The notes under the pieces are model-generated. The model searched no databases and was not told the DNA's origin. It saw only the letters and a list, made by a program, of their open reading frames with translations. A DNA stretch of 64,000 nt from Planctomycetota bacterium (GTDB lineage: Bacteria; Planctomycetota; UBA8742; UBA2392), in assembly GCA_019636195.1 (NCBI GenBank), contig JAHBYA010000002.1:18311-82310 (forward strand), in the 5' to 3' direction. Numbering within the stretch: position 1 is the first letter of the stretch; the number at the start of each line of letters is the position of its first letter. The position numbers and the translations under genes are program-made. Below, one piece after another: positions 47,407 to 57,831 of this stretch.

Positions 47407-48939
47407 CCCCCGCGTGCTGTGAGCGACGAACTGAAACTCTCGGCCCAGCGTCTGCGATAGCAGGCGGGCATTGTGCGCCGCGCCGTCAAGTTCAAAGGCC
47501 GCGTTCTTCCTGGCGCGCACAACCACCCGCACCGTGTTCTTCAATACAGTGCAGCGAAGGTCGGTAACAACGCCGCTGCGGCCGCGGTCAAGCCCGGCCG
47601 CAACGCGCAGCATGCCGGCCATCACTTTGACGGTGTGCTGCACATCCGGCTCAAGCGCGGCATAGGTGCGGTGGCGCCGTTTTGGCGCGCCGCTAAGGCT
47701 GTAGCGTGCAGCCAAGGCCATCGCTTCAATCTCAACGTCCGTGGCGCCGCGCAGCCCGCCGCCGCGGATCAGCTGGTACGCGATGTGTTTGCGGTCGATG
47801 TAGCTGATGCCGTGCCCGACATCGACAAGCAACGCTGCGACCTCCAGTAGGCACCCCACCCTGGCGGGCAGTCTGTGTACCCTGCGCGCGCAGTTGAACA
47901 GCTTCGTCGCGAGCACCGACATGCGCGTGGCCCGCTCCTTGTCTGCGCCTGTGCTGTCGAGCAGTTCAAACGCGCTTGCACGCAGGATGTCGTGGGGCGG
48001 CTGCTTGGTGCGGTAGTACCGGGCCATTTCGCGAAGCAGCAGGCCCTCGCGCAGGGCGGCTTCACACAACAGGATCCGTTCCGCCCGCACGATGCCGAGC
48101 ACCGCAGTCAGTACCGCCGCGCCCAAATGAATCGTATCCACGCGCTTGGCGTCAACGCCGGCCACGTTGGCGCGCTCAACGGCCGTTGCCGTGAGCAGTT
48201 CACCGGCCAACTCGTTCAGTTCATTCGCGCCGACTTCACAGCCGGTGAGGTTGCCCCACGTCTCCTGACCGCGCAATCGAATGCACGCACGGCCAAGCGC
48301 CAGTTGCGTGCCGGATGTCGCAACAACAACATCCACGCCGCGACGTCGGATGTCCTTGAGCAGCGGTTCTGCGCGTGTGCGCACCAGCCGCCACAGCTTG
48401 TTACGGCTTCGACGCGTGAGCGGGTCGTCCGCGCCGATTTCGTCGCGCAGGCGACGCACGCCCAGTGGCAGGCTTTTGCCGACGATCAACCGTCTGGCCT
48501 CCCCGTACATGACTTCCAGGCTTCCACCACCAAGGTCCAGCACTAGGCCGCGGCGGCCCTCAAGGTCTACCGAGTGGCGAACTCCAAGAAAGATCAGCTC
48601 GGCTTCTTCGCGGCCGTCTATCAGTTCGGGAGACAGGCCGGTGCGGCGCTTTACCTCGCGCAGGAACTGGGCGCCGTTTTCGGCTTCGCGTACCGCGCTG
48701 GTCGCCACTGCCGCGATTCTCTGGACCCGCAGGCGTTTGCACATGTCCGCGAAACGCTCCAGCGCTTCCAGAGCCGCTTTCATGTTGGCGGCGCGCAGAC
48801 GGCCATTGCGGAAGACGCCCTCGCCCAGTTTCACTCGTTCAAGCTCGCGGTCCACCATGCGAAAGCTGTGCGGGCCCCGCGCGTCGGCGATGACCATGTG
48901 GACGGAGTTTGAACCAATGTCGATGGCGGCTATTCTCAC
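47401..48939 (-). CDS. ppx: Exopolyphosphatase / guanosine pentaphosphate phosphohydrolase (Ppx/GppA)
   Basis: MRIAAIDIGSNSVHMVIA with a Ppx/GppA ASKHA fold. Its start overlaps the ppk1 stop. Confidence 0.85.
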   Translation of the reverse strand: MRIAAIDIGSNSVHMVIADARGPHSFRMVDRELERVKLGEGVFRNGRLRAANMKAALEALERFADMCKRLRVQRIAAVATSAVREAENGAQFLREVKRRTGLSPELIDGREEAELIFLGVRHSVDLEGRRGLVLDLGGGSLEVMYGEARRLIVGKSLPLGVRRLRDEIGADDPLTRRSRNKLWRLVRTRAEPLLKDIRRRGVDVVVATSGTQLALGRACIRLRGQETWGNLTGCEVGANELNELAGELLTATAVERANVAGVDAKRVDTIHLGAAVLTAVLGIVRAERILLCEAALREGLLLREMARYYRTKQPPHDILRASAFELLDSTGADKERATRMSVLATKLFNCARRVHRLPARVGCLLEVAALLVDVGHGISYIDRKHIAYQLIRGGGLRGATDVEIEAMALAARYSLSGAPKRRHRTYAALEPDVQHTVKVMAGMLRVAAGLDRGRSGVVTDLRCTVLKNTVRVVVRARKNAAFELDGAAHNARLLSQTLGREFQFVAHSTRGS

Positions 48940-51146
48940 GCGGCAGGCCCCACCTGGTTGTATCGCGCGATCAGGACTTCCTGGGCCGCGCGGCGCGGCT
49001 CACTGCCCGGCCCGCGGCGGTACCACTTGCCGTCGGGCTTCAACTCCCAGGCCTGGCAATTGTCGGCCAACGGCAGATCCAGACATTCCTCTACGACGCG
49101 CGCCTTAAGCGCAGGGTCCAGGATCGGGAAGCAAGACTCCACGCGGCGGTGCAGGTTTCGCTGCATCCAGTCTGCGCTGGAAGCATAAGTATGCTCGCCC
49201 GAAGGCCCAAAGCTGTACACGCGGCTGTGTTCAAGCCAACGCCCGACAATCGAGATCACACGGATGTTCTCACTAACCCCGGGCACGCCGGGCCGCAGGC
49301 AGCACACGCCGCGCACGACCAGGTCGATTGGCACCCCCGCTTGGCTGGCGGCATACAAGGCCTGAATCACGCCCGGGTCAGCCAGCGCGTTCATCTTGGC
49401 GCGGATGCGGCTGGGCTTGCCCAGCCGGGCGAGTTCAGCCTGCTCATGAATGCGCTCAATGACCATGGTGTTGAGCGTGAACGGCGAATAGTGCAGGTGC
49501 TTCATGGTCGGCGCCTCGCCTGGCGCCATCAGCTCACGAAACAGTCGGTGCACGTCAGTGCAGATTTCTTCGTTCGTGGTCAGCAGGCCAATATCAGTAT
49601 AGAAGCGGGCAGTCGTGGTGTGATAGTTGCCCGTGCCCAGGTGTACATAGCGGCGCAAACCGCCTTCTTCGCGGCGCAGCACCAGCATCATTTTGGCGTG
49701 CGTTTTGTAGCCGACCACGCCGTACATCACCTGCACGCCCGCGCTTTGCAGATGCTGGGCCAGGTTGATGTTTGCGGCTTCGTCAAAACGCGCGCGCAGT
49801 TCAATCACAGCCGTGACTTCCTTGCCCGCGCGCGCGGCATTGAACAGCGCGTCGGTAATCTGGCTGCGGTCGCCGGTGCGGTACAGCGTGACCATGACGG
49901 CCACTACCGCAGGGTCAACGGAAGCGCGCTGGATGAAGTCCAGCACCGGACTGAACGACTGATAGGGATGATGCAGCAGTACGTCGCCCTTACGCAGTGT
50001 TTCGTAAAGCTCGTCAGCCTTGCCAATCCGCGGCGGCAGGCTGGGCGTGTGCGGCGGATACTTGAGTTCGGGCAGGTCCGCCAGGTTGTACAGCAGCACC
50101 AGCCGGTTCAGGTTGACCGGCCCGTTGACGCGATACAGGTCGTCGGGCGTGAGATTGAAGTGATCTAGCAACCGCGAAGCAACTTCAGGCGGGCAATTGT
50201 CGGCGACTTCAAGGCGTACCGCGTCGCCATAATTACGATGCGGCAACTCGTAGCGCAGCGCCTCAGCGAGGTCTTCGACTTCTTCTTCGTCCAGCCACAG
50301 GTCGCTGTTGCGTGTAACGCGGAACTGCCAGCAACCCTTCACTTCCATGCTGGGAAACAGCGTGCCGATGTTGGCGTGTATGGCCGCCGACAGCAGCACA
50401 AAGTCCTGCGCGCCGCCGGAAACGGCCGGCGGCAGCTTCAACACCCGGGGCAGCAGCCGCGGCGTCTGGACAATCGCCACGCCGATGTTGCGCGAGAACG
50501 CGTCCTTGCCCTCAAGCTGCACAAAGAAGTTAAGGATGCGATTGAGCACGTTTGGAAAGGGGTGCGCGGGGTCCAGGCCCACGGGCGTCAGCAGCGGCTG
50601 CACCTCGCGATTGAACCAGTCGCCGACCCAGTCATTCACCGCCTGCGACCACTCGGTCCTGCGCAGGATTCGCACACCTTTGTCGGCAAGCGCCGGCAGC
50701 AGCAGGTCGTTGAACACGCGGTACTGCTCGGTCACCAGTTCGCGGGCCTTTTCATGAATCAGGTGCACCAGGTCTTCAGGCCGGACATCCTCCGGCCCCA
50801 GCGACTGCACGCCGGCCGCCGCCTGCTCTTTGATGTTGGCGACACGGATCTCGAAGAACTCGTCGAGATTGCTCGACGAGATAGTCAGAAAGCGCAGCCG
50901 CTCAAGCAGCGGCACGCTTTCGTCGGCGGCCTGCTCAAGCACGCGACGATTGAAGTCGAGCAGCGACAGTTCGCGATTGATGAACAGCTTCCGGTCTGGC
51001 GCTTCCGCGCGGCTGGACGCGGAGGCGGCGTCCAAGGCATCCCCCGCGCCGGTTTTACGCCCGGACTGTGAAGATCGCGTCAACGACGGACGCCCCGCGG
51101 CGTTCTCGCGCTGCCAGTCAGATTTGCGTCGTTTGCGTTGCGCCAT
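48936..51146 (-). CDS. ppk: Polyphosphate kinase 1
   Basis: Start taken at MAQRKRRK (the ORF continues to 51284). PPK1 N-domain (RFLTISSSNLDEFFEIRV) and PLD-like C-domains, about 736 aa. Confidence 0.9.
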   Translation of the reverse strand: MAQRKRRKSDWQRENAAGRPSLTRSSQSGRKTGAGDALDAASASSRAEAPDRKLFINRELSLLDFNRRVLEQAADESVPLLERLRFLTISSSNLDEFFEIRVANIKEQAAAGVQSLGPEDVRPEDLVHLIHEKARELVTEQYRVFNDLLLPALADKGVRILRRTEWSQAVNDWVGDWFNREVQPLLTPVGLDPAHPFPNVLNRILNFFVQLEGKDAFSRNIGVAIVQTPRLLPRVLKLPPAVSGGAQDFVLLSAAIHANIGTLFPSMEVKGCWQFRVTRNSDLWLDEEEVEDLAEALRYELPHRNYGDAVRLEVADNCPPEVASRLLDHFNLTPDDLYRVNGPVNLNRLVLLYNLADLPELKYPPHTPSLPPRIGKADELYETLRKGDVLLHHPYQSFSPVLDFIQRASVDPAVVAVMVTLYRTGDRSQITDALFNAARAGKEVTAVIELRARFDEAANINLAQHLQSAGVQVMYGVVGYKTHAKMMLVLRREEGGLRRYVHLGTGNYHTTTARFYTDIGLLTTNEEICTDVHRLFRELMAPGEAPTMKHLHYSPFTLNTMVIERIHEQAELARLGKPSRIRAKMNALADPGVIQALYAASQAGVPIDLVVRGVCCLRPGVPGVSENIRVISIVGRWLEHSRVYSFGPSGEHTYASSADWMQRNLHRRVESCFPILDPALKARVVEECLDLPLADNCQAWELKPDGKWYRRGPGSEPRRAAQEVLIARYNQVGPAA

Positions 51147-51180
51147 GCTGGGCACTAATTGCGGTCTGCCGCCGATTTCG

Positions 51181-52713
51181 TCAAGGCTGTCCGTAACCCC
51201 CGCCACCGGGGGTCTGAATCTCGATTGCGTCGCCGGCCGCAAGGGTACCGCTGCACTTGGGTGACAGTGCCTCGACGCTGCCATCTTTGCGGATCACGCG
51301 GTCAAGGCCCGGGGCGCCCGCCGTTCCGCCCTGTGCCCCTGCAGGCCCGCGCCTGCGTCGTTCTGCCAGCAGCGCGAACTGCGCGCGTGTCAATGCTCGC
51401 ACACGCCTGATCACCCCCTCGCCACCGGGGTGTCTCCCTGCGCCGGAGCTGCCATCGCGCAGTGCATACTCATCCACGCGCAGGGGATAGGCGTGCTCCA
51501 GCGCCTCAACCGGCGTATTGAGCGTGTTGGTCATGTGGCTGTGGGTTGCGCTTGCGCCACCCCGCGCAGGGCCGCCGCCGTAACCGCCGGCGATTGTCTC
51601 ATAGTATGTGAACCCGCCGCCGCCGATTGTCAGGTTGTTCATAGTGCCCTGCGCGTTGGCAGGCACCTTCCCCGGCACCGCCTGCGCCAGTGCAGTCAGG
51701 CAGATATCTACAATGCGCTGGCTGGTCTCGACATTGCCGCCGGCGACCGGTGCCGGGCGCTTTGCATTGACAACAGTGCCCTGCGGCGCGATGACTTCAA
51801 TGCACTCAAAGCAGCCCGCGTTGATGGGCGGCCGCGGGTCAGCGATGCACAATGCGGCGTAGTACGCTGCGCTTTGAGTGACAGCCCGGACCGCGTTGAC
51901 GCCGCCACGCACTTGTGGTGCGCTGCCCGTGAAATCGAAAGTCAATCGGTCGCGTGCGACAGTCAACGTGACACGAACGGGTATGTCCGTCGTGCCCGCG
52001 CCGTCGTCATCCAGAAAGTCATCGGCTTCATACACCCCGGGTTTGAGACGCATAAGGCTTGCCTGGATCAGAAGCCGGCTGTGCCGCTGCAAAGCCGCGC
52101 ACAGCTTGTCGTACGACTTGCCGTGACGGCGGCGAATCTCCGCCAGCCGGGCGCCTGCGCGGTCGCAGGCGGCCACTTGCGCGCCAAGGTCGCCGTCGCG
52201 TTCAAGGGGTGTGCGCGTATTGGCCAGTATCAACCTCCAGGCCTGTGTGCGGGCGCCCTTTGCCGTGCGCAGCAGTGTCGGCGGAATCACTAGGCCCTCC
52301 GCGATCAGGTCGTTTTGCGGCGCCATGCTGCCGGGTGCCGCGCCGCCGATGTCTGCGTGATGGGCGCGGTTAGCGGCGTAGCCGATCAGCTTGCCGTCAA
52401 AGATCGGGACGACCACAGTCAGGTCGGGCAAGTGCGTGCCGCCTTCATAGGGGTCGTTCACGACAGCGACTTCGCCTTGGCCCAGCGACATTGACGCTAT
52501 CACGGCTTGCACGCTGGCGGGCATGCTGCCCAGGTGGACCGGCAAGTGCGCCGCCTGTGCCAGCAGGCGGCCCTTGGCATCGAACAGCGCGCACGAATAG
52601 TCCTGCCGTTCCTTGATATTCGGGCTGAATGCCGCGCGCTTCAGGGCCTCGCCCATTTCCTCGGCGGCGCCGACGAGCGCGTGGTGCAGCACGCTGATTT
52701 CGGCTGCGTTCAT
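51181..52713 (-). CDS. Hydantoinase B / oxoprolinase family protein
   Basis: Start at MNAAEISVLHHAL, HyuB-like throughout. Overlaps the hyuA-like stop by 4 nt. Confidence 0.8.
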   Translation of the reverse strand: MNAAEISVLHHALVGAAEEMGEALKRAAFSPNIKERQDYSCALFDAKGRLLAQAAHLPVHLGSMPASVQAVIASMSLGQGEVAVVNDPYEGGTHLPDLTVVVPIFDGKLIGYAANRAHHADIGGAAPGSMAPQNDLIAEGLVIPPTLLRTAKGARTQAWRLILANTRTPLERDGDLGAQVAACDRAGARLAEIRRRHGKSYDKLCAALQRHSRLLIQASLMRLKPGVYEADDFLDDDGAGTTDIPVRVTLTVARDRLTFDFTGSAPQVRGGVNAVRAVTQSAAYYAALCIADPRPPINAGCFECIEVIAPQGTVVNAKRPAPVAGGNVETSQRIVDICLTALAQAVPGKVPANAQGTMNNLTIGGGGFTYYETIAGGYGGGPARGGASATHSHMTNTLNTPVEALEHAYPLRVDEYALRDGSSGAGRHPGGEGVIRRVRALTRAQFALLAERRRRGPAGAQGGTAGAPGLDRVIRKDGSVEALSPKCSGTLAAGDAIEIQTPGGGGYGQP

Positions 52714-54713
52714 TGGCGGCCCTTTGGTGGCTTGCGCTGGCCCTTGCGGCCCCGTCGCTTGCGCTCCGGGCCCTTGTTTCTTGTGACGAGTATCTGGCCC
52801 TGACGTGTAACCTTGGCAGTCCAGCCTTCCTTGACGTACAGGCACGACGACAGCTCTGTGACTATGGCTGGGCCCTTGATTGTGGCGCCTGCGCCAAGCT
52901 TGACGCGCTCAAACACCGGCGCGTGTGCGCTTTGGCCGACGGGCTCAGGCTTGCCTTTGCCGGTGGCAGCGGGCAGTTTTGGCGGAGCGTGCTTGGCCGC
53001 TACGCGCACCCTGACGTTGACAATCTCGACGGCCTCGCCTTTGCGCGCAAAGCCGAACTCGCGCTCGTGGGCCTGCTCGAACCGTTTACGCCAATCCGGC
53101 TTCAGCGGCACGTTCAGTTCAAAGCTCTGGCCGACGTAGCGGACATCCAGGCTGGCGGCGGTCGTGAACGGCCCATTCAGCTTACAGTCCAATAGCTCAC
53201 GGGTTGCACGGGCCGCAAGTTCATCGGCAGCACTCACAGCCATAGGCAGAAGGTCAGCGCTTTCGCGCAGCAGCAGCGTGCGCGAAAGGTCGCGCGATGC
53301 GGGCGTGAACAGCATGCCCAGCGCGCACAGCAGGCCGGGGTGCCGCGGTACAAGCACCGTTGCCGTGCCCAGCAGCTCGGCCAGGTCGCACGCGATCAAG
53401 CCGCCCGCGCCGCCGAACGGCACAAGCGGCAAGTCGTCTGCGCGAACGCCGCGCTCGACGGTAACGCGCCGCAATGCGCGCTCAATGCCCGCCAGAGCAA
53501 CCTGCAGCACGGCCTGCGCGGCGGCCTTTGCCGTGCCCATGCCAAGCGCCGCCAGCGCGGCTTCGGCGGGCGCGTACTGCAAGCCTATCTCGCCGCCGAG
53601 CTTCAGTTCGCGCGGGATGCGGCCCCGCACCAGCAGCGCATCAGTCAATGTGGCCGCCTTGCCGCCTTTGCCGTAGCAAGCGGGGCCGGGCTCGGCGCCG
53701 GCGCTTTGCGGCCCGACGTGCAGCGCATTGCCCGCATCAAGCCATGCGATGCTGCCGCCGCCCGCGCCGATGGTGTGAATGTCCAGGCTGGGCGTGCGCA
53801 GCGGCAGGCCCGCGATTTCGGTCACCGGGCGAAGGGTAGCCGTTTGTTGAACCAGTGAAACGTCGGTGCTGGTGCCGCCGACGTCAAACGCGACGCCGCC
53901 GGCAAGGCCTTCCATGTCCAGCGCTTTGCGCACGCCCGCAATGCCGCCAGCGGGGCCGGACAGCGCAAGTTTCACGGGCTCAAGGGCGGCGATTTCGGCG
54001 GGCAGCCAGCCGCCGGCGCTGTGCATCAGCACCACGCGCGCGGGCTTGACCCGTGCCTCAAGGCCGGCCAGATACTCGCGCATCAGGGGCAGCAAGCCGG
54101 CGTTGGCGGCTGTGACAAGGCTGCGTTCGTATTCGCGGAATTCGGGCGCAAGCTGCGACGACAGCACGTGCGGCACACCCGCCAGCTTCAGGCGCGCGCC
54201 CAGCAGGTTCTCGTGCGCGGGATTGGCGTAGCTGTGCAGCAGGCACACGGCACAGGCCTGCACGCCCGCGGCCAGCACCTCGCCCACAGCTATGGCGATT
54301 TCGCCTTCGCTTAGCGCAAGTTCAACCTCGCCGCCGGGGCCGACACGCTCTGCGACTTCAAGCCGCAACTCGCGCGGCACCAGCGGCTGGCGTTGCGCGG
54401 GCTCAAGGGCGTACAGCTCGCGCGGGTCGCGATTCTGGCGGCCGATGGCCAGCACGTCGCGAAAACCTTTGGTCGTTATCAGGGCGATGCGCCCCAGCCT
54501 GCCGGTCAGCAGGGCGTTGGTGGCGACCGTTGTGCCGTGAATCAGCAGATCGGCCCCGCCCAGCCGTTGCAGTGCCTGTCCCACCGCGATGCCGGGGTCA
54601 CGCGGCGTGCTGGGCACTTTACACGTCAAGACCTTGTCGTCGCGGATGACAATCGCGTCGGTGAATGTCCCGCCCACGTCAACGGCGGCGATGGTCTGTA
54701 TGCGCGCTTCCGG
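52710..54713 (-). CDS. Hydantoinase A / oxoprolinase family protein
   Basis: IAAVDVGGTFTDAIV (ASKHA phosphate-1 motif). The start is probably at MPEARIQTI, while the ORF extends to 54770. Confidence 0.8.
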   Translation of the reverse strand, partial: PEARIQTIAAVDVGGTFTDAIVIRDDKVLTCKVPSTPRDPGIAVGQALQRLGGADLLIHGTTVATNALLTGRLGRIALITTKGFRDVLAIGRQNRDPRELYALEPAQRQPLVPRELRLEVAERVGPGGEVELALSEGEIAIAVGEVLAAGVQACAVCLLHSYANPAHENLLGARLKLAGVPHVLSSQLAPEFREYERSLVTAANAGLLPLMREYLAGLEARVKPARVVLMHSAGGWLPAEIAALEPVKLALSGPAGGIAGVRKALDMEGLAGGVAFDVGGTSTDVSLVQQTATLRPVTEIAGLPLRTPSLDIHTIGAGGGSIAWLDAGNALHVGPQSAGAEPGPACYGKGGKAATLTDALLVRGRIPRELKLGGEIGLQYAPAEAALAALGMGTAKAAAQAVLQVALAGIERALRRVTVERGVRADDLPLVPFGGAGGLIACDLAELLGTATVLVPRHPGLLCALGMLFTPASRDLSRTLLLRESADLLPMAVSAADELAARATRELLDCKLNGPFTTAASLDVRYVGQSFELNVPLKPDWRKRFEQAHEREFGFARKGEAVEIVNVRVRVAAKHAPPKLPAATGKGKPEPVGQSAHAPVFERVKLGAGATIKGPAIVTELSSCLYVKEGWTAKVTRQGQILVTRNKGPERKRRGRKGQRKPPKGRQ

Positions 54714-54741
54714 CATAGCCAGTGAAGTTGACAGTTGGCCG

Positions 54742-55455
54742 TCAACAGTCAAGCCGATCAGTGGCTGCATGCCGGGCTGCCCAGTCGTCGATCAACCTGG
54801 CCACCTCCGGCGCGGCCTCGGCGCTGACCAAGTGGCCATAGCCCGCGATGGCGTGCACGCGGCAGCCCGGAACGTTGGCCCATACTTTCAGGAGATCGGG
54901 CTGGTTGCACATGCGGTCGCGGGTGCCGTACGCGAATTCGATGGGCAGTTTCACATCCATCAGCCTGCGCCGCGTGTCGAAACCCTTGAGCAGTTCAAGC
55001 CGCCGGGCGAGCTCGGCGTGATCGACCTCGGCAAAGCGCGCGAGAAACTTCTCCCGGTCATGGCCTTCCATAGTGCCAGCCAGCTTCCAGGCTGCCAGTT
55101 GCCTGGCTACGGGCTTGAGCATGGCCTTTGGCAGGAAGCGCGTGGCTGTGCGGCCCAGCGCAGCGGCAAACGGCTCGGGTTCAACGGGGAACGTCGCCAG
55201 CAGGAACACGGATGAGAGCGCGTCCGAGTGACGCAGCAGTGTTTCCTGGGCCACGGCGCCACCGAAGCTTTCGCCGACCAGCAGGCGCGTGCCAAGCTGC
55301 TTCATGCGCGCAGTGACAGAAAGCGTCAACGACGGCCAGTCCAGCGGCAGGCCTTCCGGGTACCGGAAGACTTCAAGGCGCGTGGCGGCCTGCTGCGCAA
55401 TCTTTTCAGCGCAGAAACCCTCGCCATCCAACCCGGGCAGATAGAGTACGGTCAT
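54742..55455 (-). CDS. Alpha/beta-fold hydrolase
   Basis: Nucleophile elbow GESFGG, about 237 aa. Confidence 0.6.
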   Translation of the reverse strand: MTVLYLPGLDGEGFCAEKIAQQAATRLEVFRYPEGLPLDWPSLTLSVTARMKQLGTRLLVGESFGGAVAQETLLRHSDALSSVFLLATFPVEPEPFAAALGRTATRFLPKAMLKPVARQLAAWKLAGTMEGHDREKFLARFAEVDHAELARRLELLKGFDTRRRLMDVKLPIEFAYGTRDRMCNQPDLLKVWANVPGCRVHAIAGYGHLVSAEAAPEVARLIDDWAARHAATDRLDC

Positions 55456-55525
55456 GATTTTGCCGTGCGCGGTTCAAAGCAAAGCGGACGGCATGCGCCG
55501 TCCGCTTCTCATTCTGTGTCGTTGG

Positions 55526-55915
55526 CTATTCTGCCGTTACTGGCAGTCCTGCCTTTTGCCAGGCGTCGAAGCCGCCGACGATGTTGCTGACGTTGGTGTA
55601 GCCAAGCTTGCGCAGCGCGCCCTGGGCCATGCCGCCGCGCATCCCACTCTTGCAGTACACGACGACGGGCGCCGTCGGATCGGGAATGTTCTTGGGCACG
55701 GTGTCCAGGATGTTGTCCAGCGGAATGTGTGTTGCGCCGGGGATCGTACCGGACGTCAGTTCCTGGGGCATACGCACGTCAATCAGCGTAAGGAAGGGCT
55801 GGGCGCCCGCCTTGAGTTGCTTGGTCTTCTTTCGTTTGGGTTTGGCTGCTGCGGTGGTGGTCGGTTCAAGAATCGTTGCTGCGTCAGTGGGTCGAAGTCG
55901 AGGTGGCAGTTGCAT
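55526..55915 (-). CDS. Rhodanese-like domain protein
   Basis: Active-site loop VVVYCKSGMRGGMA with the flanking rhodanese fold. The start is taken at MQLPP. The ORF extends to 56065 through an AT-richer region that is probably a promoter. Confidence 0.65.
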   Translation of the reverse strand: MQLPPRLRPTDAATILEPTTTAAAKPKRKKTKQLKAGAQPFLTLIDVRMPQELTSGTIPGATHIPLDNILDTVPKNIPDPTAPVVVYCKSGMRGGMAQGALRKLGYTNVSNIVGGFDAWQKAGLPVTAE

Positions 55916-56170
55916 CGGGGTCCCTTTTCCAACGGCCGTAGAAGGATCAGTAAGTCCAAAGAGCTCAATCAGGGCCATAATTATACGCAGCATTAACGAA
56001 ATTTGAAGTGCAAAGCTCTTGATCTGTGGCACTCCCTGACTATTGTCCGCGCCCCTTTGTGACACTCCCCGCTTTGCAGGCGCATGGATTGACCGCCCGC
56101 CACCCCGCCAGTATATGCACTCCGGGGCCGATTCGAACCTTCGTGCCCACTGTCACTTGCGAGGACTGCC

Positions 56171-57118
56171 ATGGCCTTCACCCGACCCAAGATCTCTGTT
56201 TTCGGTGCCGGATTTGTCGGCAGCACGGTTGCCCAACGTTGCGCTGATCGCGAACTGGGCGACATCCTGCTGATCGACATTGTGCCCGATATGCCCAAGG
56301 GTAAGGCCTTGGACATGTTTGAAAGCAGCCCTGTCGAGCGCTTTGACGCCCGCATCAACGGCAGCAGCGACAGCAACGATGTGCGCGGCAGCGACATTGT
56401 CGTCATCACCAGCGGCATCCCGCGCAAGCCCGGCATGAGCCGCGACGACCTGCTGAAGACCAACGCCGCCATTGTGCACAGTGTCGTTGACAAGGTGCGT
56501 GAACACGCGCCCAGTGCCATCATAATCATGGTCACAAACCCGCTGGACGTAATGACGTTCGTGGCGCACCAGCGCAGCGGCTTTGCCAAGAACAAGGTGA
56601 TCGGCATGGCCGGCGTGCTGGACAGCGCCCGCATGGCCAGCTTTGTGGCCGAAGCCTTGGATGTAAGCGTGAAAGACATCAGCCCCATGGTGCTGGGCGG
56701 CCACGGCGACACGATGGTGCCGCTGCCGCGCTATACCACTGTCAGCGGCATCCCGATTACCGACCTGCTGCCCGCGGACAAGATTGAAGCCATCAACAAG
56801 CGCACCCAGAACGGCGGCGCCGAGATCGTAAACCTGCTCAAAACCGGCAGCGCCTACTACGCGCCCGGCAGCAGCGTAGTCGCGATGGTCGAAAGCATCG
56901 TGCGCGATCAACGGCGCGTGCTGCCGTGCTGCGTGCTGCTGGAGGGCGAGTACGGGTTGAAGGGTTCATGGCAGGGCGTGCCTTGCGTGCTGGGCAAGAA
57001 CGGCGTCGAAAAGATCATTGAGCTCAAGCTCAATGACGCCGAGAAAGCCCTGCTGGAGGTGAGCAACCAGCACGTCGCCAAGGCCATCACCGAGTGCAAG
57101 GCGCTGCTGGGCCTGTAA
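56171..57118 (+). CDS. mdh: Malate dehydrogenase (LDH-like type)
   Basis: KISVFGAGFVGSTVA and IVVITSGIPRKPGMSRDDL, 315 aa. Confidence 0.9.
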   Translation: MAFTRPKISVFGAGFVGSTVAQRCADRELGDILLIDIVPDMPKGKALDMFESSPVERFDARINGSSDSNDVRGSDIVVITSGIPRKPGMSRDDLLKTNAAIVHSVVDKVREHAPSAIIIMVTNPLDVMTFVAHQRSGFAKNKVIGMAGVLDSARMASFVAEALDVSVKDISPMVLGGHGDTMVPLPRYTTVSGIPITDLLPADKIEAINKRTQNGGAEIVNLLKTGSAYYAPGSSVVAMVESIVRDQRRVLPCCVLLEGEYGLKGSWQGVPCVLGKNGVEKIIELKLNDAEKALLEVSNQHVAKAITECKALLGL

Positions 57119-57140
57119 CGCACACGCACAGCCGGAATCA

Positions 57141-57176
57141 CCCCCGGCGTGTGCCGGGGGTTCACATTGGTGTGAA
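57141..57176. terminator. GC hairpin CCCCCGGC-GTGT-GCCGGGGG followed by palindrome TTCACATTGGTGTGAA, between convergent mdh and the downstream gene
   Basis: Seen in the sequence. It is a likely bidirectional terminator with a weak U tract. Confidence 0.4.
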
Positions 57177-57177
57177 C

Positions 57178-57774
57178 CTACAGCTTGGTGGGAATGGCGC
57201 TGAAGGGGGCTTGCACCTCGGTCGGGTGCAGCATTTCAAGTATCGCGTACACGCAGTTCACCGCGGGTGCGGCGTCTGTGGTGTACAGCGAAGCCAGCCC
57301 TTGCAGCGTCTGCATCACAAGGCGCACCGGGTCAAACCACGGGCGGCGCGCGGCCTTGACCACTTGGCCGTCATGCACGGCGTCAGCGACGCTTGAGATC
57401 ACGCTGCCTTGCGGCAGACCCTTTTCGTGAAACAGCTTCTGCAGGTGCTTCTCACGCTGCTCAATTGACTTGTCGAGTTGCGCGGGCACACCAAACGCAT
57501 TGGTCAAACGATCTACAACTTCGGCCCAAGTCACGTTGCGGGTGGGCACAAAGCTGCGCCAGCCATTGAGGCGCGCGATCATGCCCTTGCGGTCGGTATC
57601 AATGATCTCGGCGGCTTGCTTGGCAGGATCGTTGCCCGCGGTCTTGCTGAACGGGTAGCCAAGGTGCGCCGCCATGCTTTCGCGCACCTGCGGTGGCTGG
57701 GCGGCAAGCACCTCAAGGGGCCTGCGCCAGCCGGAGTCTTCGACTTTGCGTACGTCGGACGACATGGCCGCCAA
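57178..57774 (-). CDS. Hypothetical protein (198 aa)
   Basis: ORF with coding-like composition but no motif. It lies downstream of the inositol-phosphate synthase gene. Confidence 0.4.
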   Translation of the reverse strand: MAAMSSDVRKVEDSGWRRPLEVLAAQPPQVRESMAAHLGYPFSKTAGNDPAKQAAEIIDTDRKGMIARLNGWRSFVPTRNVTWAEVVDRLTNAFGVPAQLDKSIEQREKHLQKLFHEKGLPQGSVISSVADAVHDGQVVKAARRPWFDPVRLVMQTLQGLASLYTTDAAPAVNCVYAILEMLHPTEVQAPFSAIPTKL

Positions 57775-57831
57775 GGCTAGAATCCCCCCGGCCCGTTGCC
57801 AACCGTGGAGTTTTGCCGACCGTGGCCTGCC

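Noticed and set aside
48909-51071. + strand ORFs (419 aa, 277 aa) opposite ppk1
   Set aside because: Antisense shadows. PPK1 domains are on the minus strand.
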